Source: Phoronis australis (Eukaryota; Animalia; Phoronida). From it: 32,095 nucleotides of DNA. Below, piece by piece: positions 24,131-32,095 of this stretch. Below the pieces are notes generated by a model. It saw only the letters and a program-made list of their open reading frames with translations, was not told the DNA's origin and made no database searches. The DNA is taken from assembly GCA_002633005.1 (NCBI GenBank), contig NMRA01000844.1:90600-122694 (forward strand), in the 5' to 3' direction. Made by a program: the position numbers and the translations under genes. Every line of letters starts with the position of its first letter. The stretch's first letter is position 1.

Positions 24131-24155
24131 GTGACATGGTGTTGGGGAACACAAA
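24131..24155 (+). promoter_or_regulatory. Internal 25-bp inverted repeat, left copy, upstream of the THAP-transposase ATG
   Basis: GTGACATGGTGTTGGGGAACACAAA; its reverse complement matches 28701-28725 at 24/25. The repeat is seen directly; the regulatory role is inferred. Confidence 0.55.
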
Positions 24156-24243
24156 CTAGATCAATATCCCACAATGCAGTTTACCGCCCATACAAAACAG
24201 TGGAAGACGAACAAGAAGCGTTCAATCTTGGCGTGATTTAGAC

Positions 24244-24489
24244 ATGGTACATCGGTGTGTGTGCGCCAACTGTGCTAACACCAGCCAGGTTGAAGGCGTG
24301 ACCCTATTTAGGTTTCCCAAAGACAAGCATCTGGCCGCGAAATGGCACGTTTTCGTGTGCACTGCTCGTCATTGGAAAATGACTGTCGATTCGGCCATAT
24401 CTGTCGGAGCCGAAATATGCTCCGACCACTTTGAGGACGGCTGCTTCGACGACAAACATCATGAAGTTTGAAGCTGGTCTTGTGAAAAG
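24244..24489 (+). pseudogene. Kolobok transposase exon 1: THAP zinc-finger domain, frameshifted near its end
   Basis: MVHRCVCANCAN...LFRFPKD....KW..FV...R........ICSDHF has the THAP C2CH signature with conserved P, W and F. The frame stops at 24469-24471, but the +1 frame continues MKFEAGLVK(R) into the donor AG|gtaagt at 24489/24490. Confidence 0.85.
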
Positions 24490-24916
24490 GTAAGTTATCT
24501 TCATAATTTATGGCTTAGATCCATGACGCTTGCTCAGTGCTTGAACTATAACGATCTTTTTTCGCAATCACCATAGTTCTCGCGGTCAACAATTGCTGAG
24601 TGTTGCCGGTGGTATTTCTTTGGAATGTTGCCCAGTAGGCTATTTGTTGTGCGTGTAGCAGCGCTGAGCATCATGTTGACCCAATGCAATTTCATTTGCT
24701 GATGGTTCTCAAAGACAAGTCACGCGAAGTCAGTAAGGATCATTTAGGATATCACATTTTTGAGAATCATTGTCTTCAGCCAAATTAGAGTGGAGATATA
24801 CACCTGGTACTATGGGGAGAGCAGCACTTGGGGGGACCATACCATCAGCCCCCTATGGTGCACACCGCTCATGCCGATGGGCGGCCCAGCTCTGAAGTAA
24901 CTACATACTATAGCCC

Positions 24917-25068
24917 TGTTGTAGATGTGCTTCCGGTGAATCATATGAGCCTCTGTTAGCTACTCGCTAATGGGAAATTGCCTATTAGCTGAATGGTTAG
25001 CACGTTTGCCGGTTTTATGGGGGTCGAGGGTTCGATTCCTGAGTCGGGTAATCTCGGCTATTACTACA
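24917..25068 (+). mobile_element. 152-bp solo-LTR-like insertion containing a tRNA-like Pol III promoter
   Basis: TGTTGTA...TACTACA termini (TG...CA, 6/7 inverted), 4-bp direct repeat GCCC at 24913-24916 and 25069-25072, A box TAGCTGAATGG (24986-24996) and B box GGTTCGATTCC (25029-25039). Confidence 0.6.
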
Positions 25069-25404
25069 GCCCCCCGCCCCCTACGAGGCTATGGTGCACT
25101 TCTGAATATCAGAGACCACTGTATTTGAGCATCAGGAGGTTCTTTGTGGGGTTTTGTCAACCAAGTAATAGATGGTGGTGTGCTGACAAAAGTTTGAACT
25201 GTTCTAACGATGGTACTTAAGTTGCACGGTTTTGATTATTAAAGTAACCTGCTTCAAAAATAAAACAGGGTTAACTCTGGTTTTGGCCTTTGCCTGAAGG
25301 TTATAAAAGTAGGCGAAAACTTGCACTTAGGTGGCGTCGTGTTTAACTTAAATCATTGATTCAAAATGTTTTTTACTTTAAATTGCAGTTGTTGTGCTTT
25401 TCAG

Positions 25405-25586
25405 AGTATGTGAACGAAGTAAGGAAGAATACCTTACACTTGTTGCGAAATAAAAGAGAAGCCAGTGACCTCGAAATTTGTTTGGAAATTGACGCCCCTC
25501 CAATGCTGAGTGCTGGTGCTCCAGACGTGTCCAAGGAGGAGGCCGTGGCACGGATGAGGAGCCGATATCCAGACAAATTCAATTAG
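25405..25586 (+). pseudogene. Kolobok transposase terminal exon; the catalytic DDE-encoding exons are missing
   Basis: gcttttcag|AGTATGTG...; YVNEVRKNTLHLL...IDAPPMLSAGAPDVSKEEAVARMRSRYPDKFN* resembles the 'PPPLS.....P.KEEAV..H.SRF' C-terminus of this transposase type. Only ~0.9 kb separates it from exon 1 and the phases (2 vs 1) do not match. Confidence 0.65.
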
Positions 25587-26885
25587 ACTGCTTGTTTTGT
25601 CAATGGACAGTACTGATATTTCTTTCCATCACATACATGACAATGAATGATATTGGGGCACGAAAAGACTGACGACCCACACAGGTACCTTTTCGCCCCC
25701 TTACCGATGCATTATATGGGACGGCAACAGTTTACTGTTAATCAAATAAACCTAAAAGCTATGCCACAATATTTATAGTCATTATATTGAAGTAACATTG
25801 AAATGTTTCAATGTTAGAACATAGTATGTCGCAGGGTTTATACAAAGCGGACAGCCATATGGCACGCTCAAAAGTGTTTCACGATTTCCAATACTGGTAC
25901 TATAAATACTCTAGCATTGCTATCTGTACAGCTTAAAAAAAAAACCCTAAAACATTGGTAGTGATGAAAATATACATGGGTCGTCAGTCTTCTCGTGTCT
26001 GCCAATATCATTCAAATTGTACGACAGAATAATCATTTGCACAGAATCCCAACTCTACTGTCTAACATTTTCTTGCGAGTTTTTTTGCGAGTGGTCCAAG
26101 CACTCTCTCCAGATTTCTCACTTCCTATACATGTGTATAATTTTGTGTGTTTTATACCATGTCATAGACATCTGAAGCTATTGCATACTGTAGCTTTTGG
26201 GTGGAAATTCAGTACTTTGCCACGTCATGGTAGTTAATGTCTTGTTGAATTACAGTAGAACTCGGTAAGTTGGAGCCAGTGAGACAGATATTTCATCGAA
26301 GTCAAAGTTACTTGGAGGCGTTACAGGAATTAATGCATGCTAGCCTTTCTAGTTTCCAATGAAGCACTACCAATGTAACGAGTCCTACTGTATAAGAAGA
26401 GGGCAGGAGATTCAGTCTCTACCTCAGACAATAGTCCAGATTTTTATGTAACAGCAATATTGTTGAATGTGTTCACTTGAAACTCACTAACAACTCCAGT
26501 GAGACCAATTCCTAAGTAAACCATAACTGATGTTGAGTTTAGAGGTTTATAATGTAGTTCTAGTAACATTACACTTGTCATGACCATGTCACTATAAGTT
26601 CCTGAACATCAATATATGCTACTTTCTTTGTCAATTGTTTACCATTCTGAAAACACAGAAATCCATCATGGAATGCCAACTTCATTTTTGTACCACTGAG
26701 ATTGCGCTGTGATTGCATTCGTTTGTTAGGATATTTGTTCTCTCTATGGAACTTGTCACTTATTTCAACTCGTCCAAAGTAGATACTCCCCGAGTCACAA
26801 GTTTTAGTAATAGAGTACTTAGGTAATGAGCTGGAGTTGGCATTCCAGGGATAAGACAACTCGATATATATATACATAAATGAAA

Positions 26886-27294
26886 CTAATAAGAAAACCC
26901 TTGAAACTCAAAGTCCTCCTCATTTCCCGGTGGAGGGTAAAAAGCTCTGATGCAGGCTACTGCGCATGCTGGAATTACAACACGGACAGTTCGTCCTAGG
27001 TGACCATGCACCCATCTTTGGAACTGTCTGTAGGCTATGTGTCGCATCCTTTTATCAAAGGGTCCGTCATAGCCATCCGGATATTGGCTTTTATACTGCA
27101 ACCATGCAGTCTCCAAAACATCACGATTGATGCACACAGGTTGAAAACTTCCATGGTACACGATACATTTTTTTCTTCCGTTTAAGTTGTCCCTCTTCAT
27201 TTCGTCCTCAAGTTTAGCAATAACTTTGTCGACTTCTTGACAACATACTCTTTCTTCAATGACTGCAGTAGTCTGACAGTTGTCACACGTGCAC
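26886..27294 (-). pseudogene. KolX-like gene exon 2: P2X7 cytoplasmic-ballast/Nanor-like Cys-rich domain
   Basis: ttgcag|G TGC...; (W)CTCDNCQTTAVIEERVCCQEV...KCIVYHGSFQPVCINRDVLETAW...RHIAYRQFQRWVHGHLGRTVRVVIPACAVACIRAFYP...FQGFSY*. Matches the WCxCxxC..CC..CI..F..VC..AYR.F..W.HG.LG...R..IP.C.V..IR...P..GF signature; this exon is intact. Confidence 0.9.
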
Positions 27295-27750
27295 CTGCAA
27301 GATGTGACAATATGTATACATTACTTTAGTAAACATCAAAATGTCGAATTGAAAAAATTACTGATTTACCAAGAGTGTCTCGGCCAAATTAATTGAGGGT
27401 TTGCAATGACCTCAGTTTTCGAGAAGACTGATTGTTGAGCAGCGACCTGTTTAAAACAGAACAAAAATGAAACTAAATTCCAAAAAACAAGCTTTGAAAC
27501 ATCACATAAATAGTAAAGATATTTACTTTTCATACAAATGAATACTGCTACACCCAGGGCAGTGGCAGATCATGCCTGGGGGATATATATATAGGAATGG
27601 ACATACTTAGTTTGATTTGCTGACACCTGATTCATTGATGGAGGGGTCTGTTTTGTTAATAATCGTGAATATTACAGTAAACATTTTTAAAAACTTCTCA
27701 ATATCCGATGCCTTCTATACTCTTTAGAAACTTTACCAGACGGTTCCTTC

Positions 27751-27894
27751 CCAAGTCAACTCGCACCCAAGCCATGTACCAATTTTCACAAATAACAGCA
27801 ACATTAGGTACATAGGCATGAAAGCATTGACTTACACAAACTAAACCTGGTTAGAAAAACGTGTGTACATTGCTCTGGGTCCAAGTTGACTTGG
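27751..27894. mobile_element. Small inverted-repeat (MITE-like) remnant in the KolX intron
   Basis: CCAAGTCAACTCGCACCCAA (27751-27770) and CTGGGTCCAAGTTGACTTGG (27875-27894) are 17/20 inverted repeats; outer boundaries not defined. Confidence 0.5.
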
Positions 27895-28074
27895 CCCTAG
27901 AGTATGAAAATGAAGTGACCTGTTTTATAACCCATGGAATTCCCTCCGGCCCCCAGGTAAGAAAGTCTAAGTTGCAAAATTGCAATTCTTTTTTCCTCTT
28001 GTTTACACTACACAGTTGAGTATTGGGAGGTGGTTCTCATTCTTTCCCATGCATACATTTATTCACTCACTAGT

Positions 28075-28202
28075 AAGACTGAGCTCAGGGGAGTAGGAGA
28101 CAACTTCGTACAATGCCCAATTGTCTGCCAGTGAAAGCCAGGATTCGAACCCGAGTCTCACAAACAAGAGTCCGGGGCCCAAACCAATGCGCCACTGTCT
28201 AC
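28075..28202 (-). mobile_element. tRNA-derived SINE head in the KolX intron
   Basis: Minus-strand A box TGGCGCATTGG (28194-28184) and B box GGTTCGAATCC (28151-28141) at tRNA-like spacing; no convincing full cloverleaf. 3' extent uncertain. Confidence 0.6.
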
Positions 28203-28416
28203 AAATAATGAAAGACCACACATTGTTGAGTGATTTGCGTAAGTGCAACGAGTCCCATTTTTTATCACTGAAACTGGTACTTATCCACGGCTGAAAAATG
28301 ATTCATCAGTGGGGACGAGAGCGCCTGGGAGTGACCGGTAAAGCTACTGAACTTAAAATTAAAAAAGACCAAGTAGTAATTCGCGGTAGTATGATGCATA
28401 TTTATAATATTCTTAC

Positions 28417-28691
28417 CAGTCACTAACATTCTGTCGCAACTCCTGCGCACCTTCTGCCCGTTGATATTCACTGCACGAACCGGCTGGGGCTGGATCGTCG
28501 ACAACCGGAGCAAGGGGATCGAGGGAAAACGGTTCTACTAGAGAGAAGGTGTGAGCACAAATTGTTCCTATGGGGTCTGTCGCCTCCTCCTCCACATTCG
28601 AAACGTCAGAATCGTCTGAAAACTCCACCTGACCCTCCCTTTATCTTTCAAAATATTCTTCATCTACGCTGCTGTACTCACTGGGATCCAT
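28417..28691 (-). pseudogene. KolX-like gene exon 1: acidic N-terminus with an in-frame premature stop
   Basis: ATG at 28691: MDPSEYSSVDEEYFER*REGQVEFSDDSD...VEPFSLDPLAP...ELRQNVSD(W); TAA at 28643-28641. Donor TG|gtaaga (phase 2) joins the exon 2 G to make the Trp of WCTC. Confidence 0.8.
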
Positions 28692-28700
28692 ATTGTTTTC

Positions 28701-28725
28701 TTTGTGTTCCCCAACACCACGTCAC
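28701..28725 (-). promoter_or_regulatory. Internal 25-bp inverted repeat, right copy, ending 9 nt upstream of the KolX ATG
   Basis: TTTGTGTTCCCCAACACCACGTCAC, 24/25 reverse complement of 24131-24155. Confidence 0.55.
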
Positions 28726-28949
28726 AGATGTGTAACGAAGGAAAATGGCGCCGTTTCTATTTTCCGTTACAACAATGGCGTTACAACGCCACGGTAACAA
28801 ATATTTAAATAACTTTTTATAGCGACGTACAATTCAGTTAATGTTAAGATTATAGCAAGAATAATTATAAACACGAATTTAGAGCATATTGTTGTTCAGA
28901 TTGGTTGAGACCTTGCAATTTACACTTTAACTCTCTGGAATAACTTGCA

Positions 28950-30506
28950 AAACGGAAAAAATGAAATTGCCACTAGGGCAAAAAACATTCATCGGATCCG
29001 TCTGAAAGTTGTCGTCTTCCGTTGTCAACGTCATATAAATACACTTTGCTAAATTTAATAAACATTCTGCAGAGGGCTTAGGAGATACAGCTAAGGGCGA
29101 AAAAAATGCCACTAGGAAGTTCCACAGTAGTTGAAGCCTGAAAATCATCGTCAATCGACCTCTTCACACTAACATTGCATACGCCAATTTTCACAATCAT
29201 CCTACGAGTGGTTTGGTTGACAGAAGCGGACGCCAAAAACTGACTAGAAAACTTTAAAAATGACCACTAGATGCAGCAAAATACATCGAATCCGTATGAA
29301 AACCGAAAAATGTCACCGTGTCATTAAAAGAAAGCTATTTAACAAATTTCATGAAAATTCGTTGAGGAATTCCACAGAAAAAGGGGAAAACAGAAAAAAA
29401 TGAAATTGTCACTAGGGGGCAGTGTTAGTCGGACCCGTCTGAAAGTAGTCATCTTCCGTTGTTAACTTCACATAAATACACCTGCTAAATTTAATAAAGA
29501 TCCTACAGAGGGCTTAGGAGATACAGGCACGCCTGGGCGCAAAACAAAAGTAAAAACAAAACTGTCACTAAGAGGCGCCACAGTAGTCGAAGTCGTCGGA
29601 AAAACATCGTCAATTGTCTTTATAATAAGAACATATATGCCAATTTTCACAATCATCCTTAGAGTGGTTTGGTTGATGGAGGGACGGACGCCAAAAAACA
29701 GACTCGAAAACACTAAAAATGGCCACTAGGTGGCGCAAAATACCTCAAATCCATCCGAAAACGAGAGGATAGCGTCACCTCAATAATAGATGCCTGTGTG
29801 CCAAATTTTATGGAAATCCATTGAGGATCTTTGAAAATACATAGGTAAACGTAAAAAAATAAAATTGGCATTAGGGGGCACAGCTGTAATCCGATCTGTC
29901 CGAAAGTTGTCGTCGTCCGTTGTCAACGTCATACAAACACATTTGGTGCATTTAATAAATATCCTGGAGAGCGTTTAGGAGATACGGCCATGGGCGCAAA
30001 AACAAACAAAACTGCCTCTAGGAGGCGCCACAGTAGCCGAAGTCGTCGGAAAATCATCGTCAAACGTCCTCTTCATAGTAAGAACATACATGACAATTTT
30101 CGCAATCATTTTTAGAGTGGTTTGGTTGACAGAGGGGCGGACGCCTAAAAACGGACTCGAAAATACTAAAAATGGCCACTGGATAGCGCAAAATACTTCG
30201 AATCGATTCGAAAACGGAAGCATAGCGTCATCTCATTAAATAGATGCCTGTGTGCCAAATTTCATGAAAATCGATTGAGGGCCTTTGAAGATACAGAGGC
30301 AAACGCAAAAAAATAAAATTGCCACTAGGAGGCACAGCGGTATTCGGGTCGGTCCAAAACTCGTCGTCTCATGTCGTCAACCTCATAGGAACACACCTGC
30401 TAAATATCAATAAGATCCTGCAAGGATTTTAGGAGTTACAGCCGCGGACGCCCGGACAGAGATGACGGCAATATGCACACACATATAAATATGTGGGCGC
30501 ATAAAA
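28950..30506. mobile_element. Non-autonomous Helentron/HINE-like element with an internal tandem-repeat array (~450-bp unit x ~3.4, built from ~150-bp subunits)
   Basis: AAATTGCCACTAGGG-like anchors at ~28964, 29403, 29862 and 30316, with related GCCACTAG motifs between them. The array ends in a GGAC/GACA-like microsatellite remnant (~30445-30467), a hairpin TATGCACACACATAT-AA-ATATGTGGGCGCATA (~30472-30503) and AAAA. The repeats are certain; the HINE assignment is inferred from architecture. Confidence 0.65.
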
Positions 30507-32095
30507 GTGAATACTAAACCCTGTTTTCGTGGTTTCAACCAATCCTGGTTCTGTCATCTGGCGTCAATTTTGAAAGTCAAAAGCGGGAATCAACTGAAAA
30601 CTCACACCCACTATTTCACAAATTGGACATCATAGTCCGTGGTGGGTGGTCTTTTCCCACAGTTGCCATGTAATTTGCTAAAAGCGTAAGTCACGCTTGC
30701 ACGTTTAGCAGACTTTCAAATCTTCTTCCAAACTTTTGAGGATTGTCGGGGGTTACGTAGCATTATTTCGTTTCGTAGAACTCAACGGGAAAGTCGTGTT
30801 TGGTATCTCGGTTAATGGGCCAAAATCGGGTTTGGTATTCGTTTAATATGATGAAGGAGACGTCTATGCCAAACGTAATCTAGTTTTTAAAGTGCAACTC
30901 CTAGGTCATGTACTTTTCGAAATGCAACTTCTTATAGTTTTAAGACTAGACTTGTTGAATTTAGTGGTTGGGTGTGGCGTATCTTGCAAATCAGATTTTC
31001 ATTTCTAAGTATCCTGTGGCCTTTTTCACTTGGGCCATGATTTAAAAATGAGTGGGCGTTTTACCGTAAACAACAGGAAAAGATATTTTCCATCTGAAAT
31101 CGAAAGCTCGTTTAACATATTACAATCTCATGAAATTCAAACTGAATAGTTGCCATGACAAAGCAGCTCAAGCCAAGTCACGCGATGCGCTAATTGTGTC
31201 ATTATAGACAATCTATATATTAAAACAATTATTTCGGACCCGGATGTTGGTTTCGAATCCGTCCAAGACACCCGCCCCTGCCCGACGCCTCCTTCCTATT
31301 CGTTACCGCAAGAGAAAACGCGCTGGGCTCTGTTTTTTTTTCTTTGTCTTGCCGAGTCGTGGCTTCAGTCAATCCGACGGACGCGCTTTTTTTCGAAGAC
31401 AAATGACTATTCGGGGATATTCGTCCGCGGCTTGCGTTTGAGTTGATGCAGTAGGTTGCATGCTCAATATCTGGCTTCGAGAAGAATCGAAGAAGCGAAG
31501 TCAACGTTGAATAATTTTTCGAAATTCGAGTCAAGCGAAGGGTCGGTCTGGGTATGTTATGCGCACAGGCGTTCGCCACCGCGCAGGCGTGATCCGTGTA
31601 CTGCGATCGCGTAGACTACGTACTTCGTGGAGACCTACAGCGAAACCACGACGAGGGGACTGTGCGAGTTCCTCGCTTATTCTTCCCGGTAAAAGTACTC
31701 ATAACAGAGATAAGTGGCCATGAACTCAACCTTTATTCCAGTCTTTAGTGCAGTGCCACAGACACATGTACATGTAATTCCACTTTTTGCCCATTTTTGC
31801 AGAAAGTGAACCAAGGCACATATTCACGCCGGGGTTTGCTTTTAATTGTCTCCGTAGGCTTACTATATACTAACCCACAGAGTCGAATGTTTAAAATTTT
31901 GGTGTTTCCCGTTATAACCTTTCATTTTGGCGTTCGTTACGCGAGTCCTGATGTAGAATCAGTCCTGCTGTGGAATTTTAATGGTCATAAACAGGCGATC
32001 ACAACATTTTTGCATTTTGGGTTCAAATTCAATTGTAAATAAGGAGGGTCTCTATTGTAAACAAGTGTTCGGAGTCCCCCCAACACCCCCACCAC

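Larger units (their letters stand above)
23974..28926 (+). mobile_element. Kolobok-superfamily DNA transposon, internally deleted (non-autonomous), 4953 bp
   Basis: Perfect 19-bp TIRs AGTGTAAATTGCAAGGTCT (23974-23992) and AGACCTTGCAATTTACACT (28908-28926), TTAA on both sides (23970-23973, 28927-28930), AG...CT termini. Contains THAP-transposase remnants on + and a convergent KolX-like gene on -, the known Kolobok layout. Confidence 0.9.

Noticed and set aside
24244-24471. Functional host THAP transcription factor gene
   Set aside because: Lies within transposon TIRs, is frameshifted before its splice donor and lacks the C-terminal AVPT-type motif.
26886-27294. Host P2X7 purinoceptor gene
   Set aside because: Only the ballast-like domain is present, with no transmembrane or ectodomain exons, and it sits inside the transposon.
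24980-28202. Genuine tRNA genes at ~24980-25050 and ~28130-28202
   Set aside because: A and B boxes are present but I could not build convincing acceptor and anticodon stems; both look like mobile-element-derived tRNA-like sequences.
23974-28926. piggyBac assignment based on the TTAA TSD
   Set aside because: Termini are AG...CT rather than the usual CC...GG, and THAP plus KolX content indicates Kolobok.
31797-32042. Next exon of the ShKT gene
   Set aside because: Possible acceptors exist but the translation has no ShKT cysteine pattern, so there is no support.

Overview
Intron-rich, AT-rich eukaryotic genomic DNA, most likely from a marine invertebrate animal (inference from the ShKT exons and transposon types); there are no prokaryotic operons or CRISPR arrays. 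The main feature is a partial + strand gene with 10 GT-AG exons (2306-23440) that splice in frame into about 515 codons, each exon carrying one ShK-toxin-like (ShKT) six-cysteine domain. The last six domains are three copies of an unusual A-B pair in which the first Cys of each B domain is made by the splice junction. No start codon or signal peptide was found, and the C-terminus is unresolved. Downstream lies a 4953-bp Kolobok-type DNA transposon (23974-28926; perfect 19-bp TIRs, TTAA target duplication). It carries an internally deleted THAP-transposase gene and a convergent, spliced KolX gene (P2X7 ballast-like Cys-rich domain), plus nested insertions: a 152-bp TG...CA solo-LTR-like unit with tRNA-type A/B boxes, a tRNA-SINE head and a MITE. 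A Helentron/HINE-like element with higher-order repeats follows. The introns hold minisatellites, a Harbinger-like MITE and LINE remnants. All calls were made by eye; no database searches were run.
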